DNA of 64,000 nt from Haliotis rubra (lineage: Eukaryota), in NCBI RefSeq assembly GCF_003918875.1, contig NW_025767662.1, forward strand, positions 186,001 to 250,000. Direction: 5' to 3'. The translations under genes and the position numbers were made by a program. Under the pieces are notes generated by a model, which was not told where the DNA came from, made no database searches, and saw only the letters and a list, made by a program, of their open reading frames with translations. Within the stretch, counting starts at the first letter, position 1. Each line of letters begins with the position of its first letter. Of this stretch, positions 50,311-62,915 are shown one piece after another.

Positions 50311-51899
50311 GAGAAACATCTCTCTATATATTTTAAGATACAGAGGTATGTATAGAATTGAAAAATACACTGTCATCCGGTGTTAGTTGTTCATTTCTTG
50401 TATCAACTTTATGGCCAACAATGTTGGGCTAAAAAAACAATACAATCTGCAAACTGAAATAGTTATATCAGGGCTTTGCGTTCAGTGCTATACACTGTCC
50501 TGCTCATGTGGATTATATGCTTGTAGGCGCTCCTGTCCCGAGAAAGTTCATTCATCTTCTCAGGGGTAAAAAAATAGATCCCCGGCCGAAGAAAAACACC
50601 TCTACAAACACAAAAGCTATTCCTATCTACACATCTATTCAAGATCTACAGCAGGAGATGCTCCTTGGCGAGCTGCCAACCCCTCTTCTGGTGTCTCGTG
50701 TTCAAACCCAATGGATGCGGCAGTCCGACGGATACCAGAAACCCGCTGCTTCAATATTTGCAGCAGGACTAATTCCTATGTGCCAGACAATCCCTCGTTT
50801 GTTTTTCTAGGTGGAAACAACAGTCAACAATTATTCTCAAAGCCGAAACTTGGCTGGGTTCGCTTGTGAACGAGCACCGGTGGACGATTTAACAGCGCGT
50901 TTACGGGGATGAATTCCATTTGGGTTGGGTTTAGTCCCATCGTGGACGAAATGTTCGATCTCTTGTGACTTCATCACTGAGAGTCTTATTTTCTCCCATA
51001 CTGTCAACATTTGCAATGAAGGCGGAGGATCGTTCTCCCCTCTTAGGGCCTCAGAATATCACAAGTCGGTCAATTCAAGCAAAAAGGAAATCTCTTACGA
51101 AAGCAGCGCTATTCACAAACGATCACGTTTGAAATTGGTATTTACTTTTCAAGATCTCCCAGACACGAAATTGGCTCCCTTAATCGTAGAGTGAAATGTT
51201 AACTTGACCCACATCGTAAAAAAGAAATTGTAACGTTATATTACCCTTGCTTATCAGTTGAAAACTCTGTTCAGAGACGTAGATGGAAATCAGGGTTAGC
51301 GTGACGTTCAATGAATGAGTACGTGACGCAGGGGGGTTGGCGTACTTGATGATTGGGATTGGTCTTCATAACAATTGTAAGTCTGGTGTATAATCATGTT
51401 TGGGAACACCATTGACATACATGCGATGTGTCTTACCGCATGAGCGGACATTTTATATACTCCGAGCCCCTCCACCCATAATTAATAGCTTTGCTCTTAC
51501 AGCACTTGAATGTTGCAAGACGTTCTCGGTAAGAGGCTGTATACGAACAGTGGTGTATTTTTTATCCTTTTAGATTTCAGCTGAGGTCATGATAGTCGAT
51601 CGTGGGAAAGACATTAGACAGAAGTTATTCATTCTGTGGATTAAGGACGAGCAGTCAGTATGCCTGACAATGGAAACATATTATTAACATGTTTGAGAAA
51701 ACGGAACTCCCTTGTGAAATGCATGTACTGCCAAGGCATCAGTTATTTAGTTTACCTACTCCGTATCGAACCCAGCGTCGAGAATGTGCTACTCAGGAGC
51801 ACTCGACATAGTTCTGTATTGGGAAGTAGAGGTTTCAAATGACAGCAAAGGCAACATAGACTCATGTAAGCGACGAGATCGAAATGTGATTAAAATATA

Positions 51900-52011
51900 C
51901 TCATGCCAATAATCGTTGTCACCCCCCTCCCCACCCCAACCCCACACCCACCCCACACCCACTCTCCAATAAAAAAGAATTGAAGGGGGTGACAATCATT
52001 ATTGGCATGAG
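51900..52011. mobile_element. 112-bp TA-flanked MITE (second copy)
   Basis: Homologous to 37691-37802 with the same TIRs. Confidence 0.88.
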
Positions 52012-52261
52012 TATATGTATTGTAGTATTGTATTACAAATATATGTTCGAATTAGTTGCATATATGTTCTATTCATCGTTGTGGTATTAGTGTCGGCTGT
52101 GAAACGTCATGCAATTTTCGGTCTGAATTGATTTGCGCCCAGTCGCACCCAAACCCATCCTCTCCAAACATGTATATCTATCAATGATGTACACATGATA
52201 TGTTTATTTTATAGATGCAAAAACTCGAACTACATCTATGAACACCTAAACTGCTGGGCAA

Positions 52262-52690
52262 AGTGAGTGAGTTTGGTTTTACACCGCTTATAGCAACATT
52301 CCAGCGATATAACGGTTAGTGTAAATGCAGCAAGGTACCGTGATTCAAAAGCGTTCGATCGTCACGCCGAAGAGACGGGTTTGATTCCCCACATGGGTTC
52401 AATGTGTAAAGTCATATACTGTCTCCCCACACCCCTTCTCCCTGAACCGCGGTGTTGCTGGAATATTGTAAAACCTAACTCACTCACTCACTCTCTCGCT
52501 ATTACACTATCGTGCCTGTTTACGATACTATCGACCGCATCCTTCGCCTAGTGGATACAGTGTCTGCTCGGAGAGGAAGATTGGTGGTTCGACCCCCGGC
52601 CGCGTCAATAAGTGGTGGTACTCCTTGTATCGTGCACACGAACGAACATACGCACATACACACACTCTCACTCACTCACTCACTCACTGT
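52262..52690. mobile_element. Cluster of degenerate SINE pieces (family A tail on -, family A on +, Meta-like head at 52533)
   Basis: CGTCACGCCGAAGA..TTGATTCCCCACATGGG; GACCGCATCC..GGTTCGACCCCCGGCCGCGTCA; (ACTC)n. Confidence 0.7.
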
Positions 52691-53617
52691 GAGATGTGTA
52701 CCCACATCTACACACATCCAAGGGGACAGACTCAAAAGTTCCAGATTTAATCACCATTAAAGTCCAATCTTGAAATCGACGTTTAAACCCATTTGGCCTT
52801 GTGATACTGACAGCAAAAACGGCTTCTGGGTAAGATGACATGCAATTCCTTATATGCGGAAGTTTTCATTTTAGTTTTCCTTTCGTGGTTATCACGTTAG
52901 TTTAAACATTGTATGTCGGTCAGCGCAAACAATAGTGCATGGCTAGTTTCTGTCATGTGGTTGTGAGTATGCGTCACTGCCATGATACAATTATGTCATG
53001 GTTTTCGGGGAATACTTCCGTATAACACACGTGGTTCGTGTAGCTATGTAGCTATTTTTGTTTTTGAGACGGATGGCTCTGTTAATTCGTTTTACCCATC
53101 CATCAAGAATCAAACAGCAGCCATGATTAAGTTTCCAATACCGCCCGGATGTGAGTATACAACTGGGGTTTATATAATGTTGAACACTTGTCCTCGGAAC
53201 CAGGATACGAACAGTGATTCAGTATCAGTATTCGTGTTACTGCGTGTCGTGGTGTATAACGTTATAAAAACACAGAGAATCGTGTTATTGAGTATACTTA
53301 ACCGGCAAAATCTCAGCTCAACCTATTCTACTTATGTTTCCAGTAGTAGATATATCTAAATAAAACTGTCATCCTTGTCCGCTTTTTTTCTCAATAATGT
53401 CGATTGACGCCATGTCAGTTACCTGGCCAGAAGAGGCGACTTAGTGGATCGGATGGTCAGGTTCCGTCACTTGGTTGATTGAGTGTCATCAATGCTTACT
53501 GTGACTTTTTTAATCTTTTTGCCGAGGAGAGTTCTGAAAGTCCTTAGTTACGACTCGGAGAATTTATCTGAGAGCTACTCTTAAGACTTAGCTAAAAGTT
53601 AGTCTAAGAACGTTTGT

Positions 53618-53773
53618 AGTGAGTGAGTGAGTTCAGTGTTTTACGCCGCTTTTAACAATATTCCAGCTATATATATAGAAATGGGCTTCACACATTGTAC
53701 CCATGTGGGGAATCGAACCCGGGTCTTCGGCGTGACGAGCGAACGCTTTAACCACTAGGCTACCCCACCGCCC
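53618..53773 (-). mobile_element. Family A SINE inserted in a Harbinger-like remnant (~53530-53882)
   Basis: Intact head; the host ends TTTATAAATACGGCCC-CTG. Confidence 0.88.
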
Positions 53774-54124
53774 AAAAATGTTTATAGATAACTCTAAGAG
53801 CGAACTTTTAACTATAAGACCGATTTTAAGAATTCTAAGACCAAAACTACGAAAATTCTAAGAATCTTTATAAATACGGCCCCTGGTTTGTCTAGACCAG
53901 ACTTGTTTATGACAGACGTCCTATAGAGATGTATGTTAATGAGCACGGAGTTAAACAACAAACAAACAAATGTACATATAGCGATGAGTTTAGAAACGCC
54001 CAGTACGGCCAATACGAGACTAATACATAATCTCTGAAAATATGGGATTTTGGTCGGAGAAAGCAACTACAGAATTCTTTATAACGAAAAGCAGTCCAAG
54101 AGATGAGAGATTCAGACACGACAG

Positions 54125-54395
54125 TTGTCTGTCTTACAGACCCTGAAACAATCATATCCAAGAAAGCCCATACAAGTCTAGAATATGTGGCAAGTCTAGA
54201 ATATGTGGCAAGTCTAGAAAAGTCTAGAATATGTGGCAAGTCTAGAATATGTGGCAAGTCCAGATTTCAAAGTTTCAGTTTCTAAAAATGAAGAAAGTCT
54301 CAGGGCTCCTTTTCATTATATTTTGTGATTATTATTTATGAACAGTTATATTTTCCTGTAAAATATGTTCTTTTCAGAGACTAGATGTTAGCCTA
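54125..54395. mobile_element. Family C1 element (opposite orientation) with an internal 18-bp tandem expansion
   Basis: TSD ACACGACAG / ACACGTCTG (7/9); AAGTCTAGAATATGTGGC x4. Confidence 0.85.
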
Positions 54396-55218
54396 ACACG
54401 TCTGCTGAAGTGAGTAAGTCGTTTTTAGATGACATAACAGAGCCTTAACCAGGAGGAAATCTAGATTTGCTTCATTTGGACTTGTACGGATGGAACGGAA
54501 AATACCGTCGTTCAGGGACTATGATCCAGGCGAGTTCAACACAGAACAGACTTGTACGGGCGGTGGTTCAGAGTACAAGGTTATACACGGCCACAGTTAC
54601 AGATGGTGAAGATGACGACAGTGTTTACTTAGGGAGGGTTCTCAGATGGCACGTCGTTTGTGACAGCGTAAGACATTATATTTCAAATTCACAACTTCTA
54701 TAACATTCGGCCGGTTCGACAGGATTGTGAGCCTGACCTTCGCATATTTACTTTCCTGCTTTGAATTTTATAAACAAGACCCAAGAATGTGTCCGAACAA
54801 TGAGGCAAACATCTTCATCTCTCAGATTCCTGCGCGTTAGCTCCGCCTTACCCCCACACGCATGCAGTCTCTCCGCCCTCATTCTTATGCTCTCTCCCTC
54901 TCTACACCCTCCCCCCTCCCCGTCCCTCTCTGAACAACCAAATGTGCGTCACACATGCTATCTACTTGCACGCAACTAACTACCCATTAACCCCAGGTTT
55001 ACTGTTATGACTGGGGGTCAGGGTAGGGTTTGACGGGGGAGGGTTCCCTGTGATTCAGCAGCCATCATATATCACTCACAAGAAAGCGACGTCGCACTCT
55101 ACAGAATGGGCTGGTGTATAACACGTATAGTGATAGATCCTCGATCTGAGAATGGACCATGACACAGCGTCCATGAGCATGTTTTGGATCACGTTTGTAT
55201 CCGTTCTTTTAACGTTTC

Positions 55219-55371
55219 GGGGCAGTGGGGTAGCCTGGTGGTTAAGGAGTTCGCTCGTCACGCTGAAGACCCCGGGTTCGATTCCCCACATGGGCACATT
55301 GCGTGAAGCCCATTTCTGATGTCCACCGGCGTGATATTGCTGGAATATGGCGTAAACCCCACCTTACCCAC
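55219..55371 (+). mobile_element. Family A SINE
   Basis: 14-bp TSD TCTTTTAACGTTTC (55205-55218 / 55372-55385). Confidence 0.92.
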
Positions 55372-55402
55372 TCTTTTAACGTTTCAGGAGCTACCCTCGA
55401 GC

Positions 55403-55508
55403 TAGTCAGCCTCACAGTCCCTGAACCGATTTATTTTCCCTTCCACTCAATCCTTTCTGCAATGCTAAAGCCCTAAATGAAGCAGGTCTAGATATCCTCA
55501 GATTCTGC
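55403..55508. mobile_element. Family C2 left-end fragment (shorter fragment at ~58789-58825)
   Basis: TAGTCAGCCTCACAGTCCCTGAA...CTAAAGCCCTAAATGAAGCAGGTCTAGA. Confidence 0.75.
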
Positions 55509-55734
55509 ATTGATTTGGACAGTAGTTCTTTTCAGGAAGTCTGTGGGTCCTGCATTAGTTCTTTTACAAAGGAATTTGCATCATTGTTTTTGATTGGCGA
55601 TTGTTTTCGAAGTCCATTTTGACCATGCGCTTATTGAAGGCATTTGGTATTTCTGTGTTTCTTTATTTCTGACTGAGTGTTTCTTTGTAGAAGGCCTTCA
55701 TTCTTTGATTTACCGTGTGTCGGCATCGCGTTGA

Positions 55735-56180
55735 AGTGAGTGAGAGTGAGCGTTGAAGTGAGAGTGAGTGAGAGATTGAGAGTGACTATGGTTTTACGCC
55801 GTTCTACTATTCTATAGCAATTCCATGGCGGGGGATATCAGAAAAGGATTCAGCACACTGATTCCATGTGGGGAATCGAAACGGAGCATCTAGCGTGACG
55901 CTTGGCCACTCGACTAACCCACCAATTCACATTCCCAGCCAATCAAACCAACCTATGTCTGTCATCTACAATTGTATAAGACACGCCAAACACTGTTTAT
56001 AGCTTGACAATGTTTCAGTTTCCAACAAAGGGGTGGTAGAATACGCGTTCTCTTGTCACGCCGTAGGTCCGGGTTCGATTCCCCACATTGGTTCATAATA
56101 TCAATCCAATTTCTGATGTCCCCGCTCGTGATACATCGGAAATCTTGTTATAAAGGTCTTAAAACTAAATTCACACATAC
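55735..56180. mobile_element. Two degenerate divergently oriented family A SINEs
   Basis: CCATGTGGGGAATCGAA (-) and GGGTTCGATTCCCCACA (+). Confidence 0.7.
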
Positions 56181-56884
56181 CCTAACAAGGCGTTAACTAT
56201 CCACACAATGTTCACAGCTAGGCTTATATTGGTCCAAACCGTTAAGCGTCGTCTAGCTTTAAACACGACGCTTGGCACTAAAGTCCGCCACCTGAACCGA
56301 CCTCCTCAGCCTGCTCTCTGAATAGAACCTCAACAAGCATTCAAGTTCAACAGAAATCCTCTCATCATTCTCCTGTTTACAGCGTGTATGTGGCCGGAGC
56401 GGATCGCTCAAGTATTAAAGCCGTCTCGTTTCTCAAATAATGGCTTTAATATATTGGACATCAGACAGTCGACACCGTCCTTAAACCGCAGACACAATGG
56501 CTTCTACTGCTATCAGTCATGTCATAATGGTAGATAATTTCAGCAATTAACTCTTGTGTACACGCCGTTGCTGGTACACACTGCAGCTTACACACAGATA
56601 ACTTGGCATTAATTACGTTTCCGATACTGTTTCTACAGAAGGAAGTCAATATCTTCATGGCCTTTCAAAAAAAGCAACCAGAAGGTTTCAGATTTGATAC
56701 AAGCTTCGGCAAGTCTCAGAGAACTGTAGGGGGCTGGTTGTGGGTGGAGGGAGTCGGGGAAGAACAATAGGGATAGGTTGGAGGGGGTTGGGGAAGTCTG
56801 AGCGGTGAGGGGGTAAACCACAACGAGTAGCATTGCTACAAGGCTGTACTGAATGCTGAGCCCATGGATTCTATCCTTCGAAGA

Positions 56885-57052
56885 CTGACTGACTGACTGA
56901 GTTTGGTTTCAACACCGCTTTTAGCAATATTCCAGCAATATCACGGCGGGGGACACCAGAAATGGGCTTCACTCATTGTACCCACGTGGGGATTCGAACC
57001 CGGGTCTTCGGCGTGACGAGCCAACGCTTTAACCACTAGACTACCCCACCGC
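56885..57052 (-). mobile_element. Family A SINE, (CAGT)n subfamily
   Basis: 11-bp TSD TCCTTCGAAGA (56874-56884 / 57053-57063). Confidence 0.93.
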
Positions 57053-57332
57053 TCCTTCGAAGAGGAAAGTATAGTTTAGCGGACAGTACAAGGACCACAG
57101 TCTGTTGTTTATTATTTTTAGAAATTTCAATTTAAACTATTTTTTACGTTAGAGACTTGTGCTAGTCTACACAGCGAGCTATGGCACAGAGTTGCGTTCC
57201 TTACCCCTGACAGGATCCTTGTGCCTTTGTTCAAATCCCAGGTCATCAGTACCATGTGTTTTTCACAGAGGTAGTAAACGATTTCGATATTTTGGCATTC
57301 TAAGCTTACTGGCCTCACTGATGACCATTGCA

Positions 57333-57554
57333 GACCCGTGAAGATCCCGGTTGGAATTGATCGTCAGTAACCTATGCTTGTCGTAAGAGGCGACTAACGG
57401 GATCGGGTGGTCAGGCTCGCTGACTTGGTATCCCAATTGCGTAGATCGATGCTCATGCTGTTGATCACCGGATTATCTGGTCCAGGCTTGATTATTTACA
57501 GACCATATAGCTGGAATATTTCTGAGTGCGGCGTAAAATTAAACTCACTCACTC
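57333..57554 (+). mobile_element. Family B retroposon
   Basis: TSD CCATTGCA (57325-32 / 57555-62); starts GACCCGTGAAG. Confidence 0.9.
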
Positions 57555-57866
57555 CCATTGCAAGACTTTTTGATCTATCATCTTCCGTGAAAAATGCTAA
57601 TATATTGACTGTTGATTTTATCAGATTTTCCTTCCAAAATAGTAATTTTCATTTACCAGATGGCTTGTGACAGCTACAGGTACAATCTATACGGCACATC
57701 AGATGAGGTATGGTATTATCCTTTATCATAGTTCTATGACACGAGTAGTAACTATACTTCTTACAGCTGCCAATTCCTTGTTTTACACGCCCGTGTGATA
57801 TTTCCCGAATATGGCACAGCACTGTCCATCTGTCTCAGTTGTGAAACACCAGTGTATGTGCGAACC

Positions 57867-58058
57867 TAGACTAACAACTAGTCTCTGAAATGAACATATT
57901 TTACTGAAAAAAGTTCATAGTAAAAAAAATATATAATGAAAAGGAGCCCTGAGACTTTCTTCATTTTCAGAAGCTGAGGAAATCTAGACTTGCCACATTT
58001 TCTAGACTTGTGTGGGCTTTCTTGGATATATTTGCTTCAGGGTCTGTACGACAGACTA
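57867..58058. mobile_element. Family C1 element, young copy
   Basis: Perfect 9-bp TSD GTGCGAACC on both sides. Confidence 0.93.
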
Positions 58059-58474
58059 GTGCGAACCCTGTGAACCCAGTAAGGCGTACCCGAGGTACAT
58101 GTCGTCCTGTCGGCGACAAGTCCATGACATGGAAACTAATGGACGGATTAGAAAGCCAGCGTCCAGCTGCTGGTCATTTGGAATTTATGTGATCCAGCTG
58201 AAATGTACAAGCCAGATGTTGACGTTGGTTATATCAGTAGTGTAGGCCATCAAATGATTAATGGGGTGTACAGGTAATGTTGCTTCTCACTGCTGTTACC
58301 GTAGTTGTAAGGGGATTGTGACAACACGATGCGAATGGCTTTAGTACAATTGGCGAATTTTCATTTTAATAATTCAAACGTAGGTAAAGCTTGTTGTGGT
58401 GATGCCGATGAAAGACGTCTACGTTGTTGTTGTGGGTGTTGTTCGGTACGAATATGGTGTATTGGAAATTGCAT

Positions 58475-58642
58475 TAGCGATGGCTGTGGCTGTGATGATG
58501 ATGATGATAATGATGATGAAGAACAATATGATGGTTGTTGTTGTGGAAATGATGATGGTGGTGGTGACGATGATTTAGTCGCGATTTTGACGATGACAGT
58601 GATGACAGTGACGAGGGTGAGCGCGATGCTGATGATACTTGA

Positions 58643-58694
<52 letters not shown>

Positions 58695-58740
58695 GTGGTG
58701 GTGGTGGTGGTGGTGGTGGTAATGATGGTGATGATGATAT
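58475..58740. repeat. Compound (GAT)n/(GGT)n microsatellite
   Basis: Direct read. Confidence 0.95.
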
Positions 58741-58941
58741 CATAGGTATGACGACATGCTGCTGATGGTAGCGGCGGTGGTTCTGCTATAGTCTCACAGT
58801 CCCTGATCCACAGCCTTTCTGCAATGGCATTGGTTTAGATACAAACATGCCCCGATGGCGTTCACTGCAGATGTATCTACAGTGACTTAGAATCGAAACT
58901 CACTCTCTCACTCACTCACTCACCATTATCTGTATAGAAAC

Positions 58942-59360
58942 TAGTGTTGGGAATTGGTTAAAATCTCATAATTGATGATTGGTTCATTACAACCGATCAA
59001 TCATCGAAAATAATTGGTTAGCGTCATTTATGGAATTTGTTAATGCACAAACAAATAAGGAAAAAAACATGTTGTTCTTTGGGGTTTTGGGGGGCAAAAC
59101 TTCCCATCTTTAAAGGATGACTAGTATGTTAGGAACATATATTTCTTGGAGTCTTTAAGATAAATTCAATCATGACTTGGAATGAGCTTGTAGTGCTTAT
59201 GAAATGTAACAGAGATTACCAACCTTGTAAAAAATACTGTTAATGAAAACAAGTGTTCTAGAATTGTTTATGTTCGATTATGAGGAAACATGATCGATTG
59301 CTTGGTCGTTTATTCACTGCGACCAATCTTCGATTATTTCAGTTAGTCGGACAACCACTA
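58942..59360. mobile_element. hAT-like MITE
   Basis: TAGTG...CACTA ends; perfect 8-bp TSD ATAGAAAC; subterminal CGATT/TTGGT repeats. Confidence 0.85.
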
Positions 59361-60651
59361 ATAGAAACAACCATATACTTCAACATAATGCCAGCTCTGA
59401 CGTCAGACCCTCCAGCTGCATGTGAAATACACTCGAACCCGAGGCTGACAGTGACACATTTGTTCAAACACGGTCCCAAGGTAGACGGAAAATCAATCAA
59501 TCGATTATCGATATCCTTTCACTTCTTTGATACACAGCGATCAATATTTGGATATAATTAGGATCCATTGTACCTTCAATATTGATGACATCCTACATCA
59601 ACAATCGCAAATATGAAATGCTGCAAAAATATAAAGATGTACGCATTTATTTTTATGTCAGTTACCTTTGATCTTTAAATATGTATTGATGGCGCTTTGG
59701 TAGAATGTGCTTCGATGACGTCGTAATGGTATGCGACACATTGGTTCAATGAATAAAGGCATGTTCATTTCATCAAATGGGTTCTCTTATCTCAAATGCA
59801 GAACAAACTTTTGTAACAATGTTTTTATCATTCCTCAGTGATCACAGACAGCTCCGAAAACTCATTTTGATCGCTAGTATATTTCAAGATTGATTAATTT
59901 CCCGTTTATCACTGATGACACAAAGAAATCGTTCTAAAAGTTGTTAGTTTTTCATTTACAAATTATTCAATATCTCAGAATCAACAAACGTGAAAGGAAC
60001 CAGTCTTCACTTCAACCACGCGTGATAGTGTATGACAAACGCTTTTCGAAGACCTAAAATAAATCGACACTATATCCGGGGAAGGTTTCGATCTGCTTTG
60101 AAACGCCTTCCTTCCCTCCCTGTTAATCACTACGACTGATACCCGTACACTTTATCCCAGCATTCGTTTCTATTCGCCAATGACACAAGAATCCATACGC
60201 CTGGTTGTACACAAGGGTAGTGCTTACTTGGTAAGATAAACAGACAATGTTTGACATTTACAAAATCAATTACGATTGAATTACAAGAGCGTTAAGTAAG
60301 AACTGCGACAACTCATAAGTCTCTCTGTGTAGTATTATGTCCTGCCGTGGTTCAATACTTAGAACAAGCTCAATACTCAAGCTTATCTTGTTTCGAAAGG
60401 TCAAATTAAGTGTAGGCCATGATTGGCGACACATTTTCTGAGTGTACCGTCCGCAAGGGATCATGTTTCTATTTGTAGACAGGGCTGCTGCACGCACAAT
60501 GCAGCGTGCCGAGTAACGGCTGGTAAATATTGTATTTGGAAATGAACTGACCTATGTTAATAGGTAAACAAGATGGCATACTGTACTGTTATGGAGGTAA
60601 ACAAATGGTTGAAGTATATCTGTTGCAGTGCAATGTTAACTGGCATAGGCA

Positions 60652-60809
60652 TACTACTACTACCATTTTGATATAGCAATGTCATATATACTATGTTGTA
60701 CTAAAAGTCCTACTACTACAACTACTACTACCACACTACTACTACAACTACTACTACCACTACTACTACTACAACTACTACTACTACCACCACCGCTGCT
60801 ACTACTACA

Positions 60810-60856
<47 letters not shown>

Positions 60857-61060
60857 AACTACAACTACTACAACTACTACTACCACTACTACTACAACTA
60901 CTACAACTACTACCACCACCACCACCACCACTACTACTACAACTACCACCACCACTACTACTACAACTACTACTACCACTACTACTACAACTACTACTAC
61001 CACCACCACCACCACCACCACTACTACATCTACCACCACCACTACTACTACAACTACTAA

Positions 61061-61117
<57 letters not shown>

Positions 61118-61640
61118 AACAACTACTACTACCACCACCACCACCACCAACCACCACCACCACTACTACAACCACCACCACTACTACTACAACTACTACC
61201 ACCACTACTACTACAACTACTACCACCACCACCACCACCACTACTACTACAACACCACCACACCACTACTACACACACCACCACCACCACAACTACAACT
61301 ACAACAACTACTACTACCACCACCACCACCACCACTACTACAACACCACCACCACCACCACCACCACCAACAACCACCAACACCACCAACAACAACACAC
61401 CAACACCAACACCACCACCACCACCACCACCACAACACCTACCACCACCACCTCACTACCTACTACCACCACCACCACAACTACAACAACAACACACCAC
61501 CACCACCACCACCACCACCACTACTACTACCACTACTACCATAGTCATAATCATTTTGATATAGCAATGTGTTATATACCACCACCACTACTATGTTGTT
61601 TTAAAAGTCCTCCAGTACTTGACGGAAACTCTACCGCCAT

Positions 61641-61679
<39 letters not shown>

Positions 61680-61850
61680 CACTAAGTACTACTACAACCG
61701 CTAGCACCACACCACCACCACCACTACTACTACTACTACTACCACCACCACCACCACCAACAACAACAACTACCACAACGATTACTACTACAACTACTAC
61801 TACTACCACCACTACTGCTGGTTTGTTTACTGCTACCACCACTGCTACTG
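60652..61850. repeat. ~1.2-kb compound (ACT/ACC/ACA)n trinucleotide field
   Basis: Direct read. Confidence 0.97.
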
Positions 61851-62106
61851 CTGTCCGCCTTTTCCGTGACGACAACCACAACAGCAGACAACTGAGCTGT
61901 AGCATAGCTCGCAACAAAGGCCGTCAATACCTATACTGATGCGCCACTCCCTACATACGATGTACCTGGGGGACGGCCGTTAGTGTCTATTGAATAGGTT
62001 TTCAAGAGCAGATGGAATTCAATATCCTTTTACGACTTTCCACAAATGGCAGTTACAGGGGGAAGGATATTATTGTGAAACTTGTTCCGGTCTGTCGGGT
62101 TCTTGT

Positions 62107-62247
62107 ATATATATATATATATATATATATATGTCAGGTCGTAACAGGATATACCATGTCATGTTGACATCCACCATGAGACATCCAGCCAACAGTATAC
62201 ATAATAATAATTAAGTTGTATTAGTAGGAGTAGAAGTAGTATTCGTC

Positions 62248-62318
<71 letters not shown>

Positions 62319-62345
62319 TGTGGTAGTAGTAGTAGTTGATGATGA
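62107..62345. repeat. (TA)n and (TAG)n microsatellites
   Basis: Direct read (62107-62132; 62221-62345). Confidence 0.95.
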
Positions 62346-62464
62346 TTATCATGTATTGGTGATGGCGGTTGTAATTAAGCGTCTGAACTAGATATCTCAA
62401 AGAACATATACCCGTGGATATACACTTGAACATCAAACCCGAGGTAATGTGTTGGTAATAACCC

Positions 62465-62915
62465 CTCGGTATGTCATAGAATATCTACCACTTGATATGC
62501 TGTAGAACATCTACCCCTTGGTGTGTAGTTTAACACATATACTCCGTGATATGTCATAAAACATCTATTCCGTTGTATGTCATAGAACATCTACTCCTTG
62601 GTAAGTCATAGAACATCAACTCCGTGGTATGTCATAGAACATCAACTCCGTGGTATGTCATAGAACATCAACTCCGTGGTATGTCATAGAACACCTGCTA
62701 CTTGGTAAGTCATAGAACATCTACTCCTTGGTAACTCATAGAACATCTACTCCTTGGTAAGTCATAGAACACCTGCTACTTGGTAAGTCATAGAACATCT
62801 ACTCCTTGGTAACTCATAGAACATCTACTCCTTGGTAAGTCATAGAACATCAACTCCTTGGTATGTCATAGAACACCTGCTACTTGGTATGTCATAAAAG
62901 ATCAACCGCTTGGTA
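62465..62915. repeat. 26-bp minisatellite (GTCATAGAACATCTACTCCTTGGTAA), ~17 copies
   Basis: Tandem units with recurring variant order. Confidence 0.93.

Noticed and set aside
50508-51194. ORFs of 89-100 aa in moderately GC-rich unique DNA
   Set aside because: No recognisable domain in the frames examined; needs BLASTx.
58329-58745. Poly-M/D/H ORFs
   Set aside because: (GAT)n/(GGT)n microsatellite.
60660-61939. Poly-L/T/V/S ORFs up to 341 aa
   Set aside because: Translations of trinucleotide microsatellite; no domain or splice evidence.
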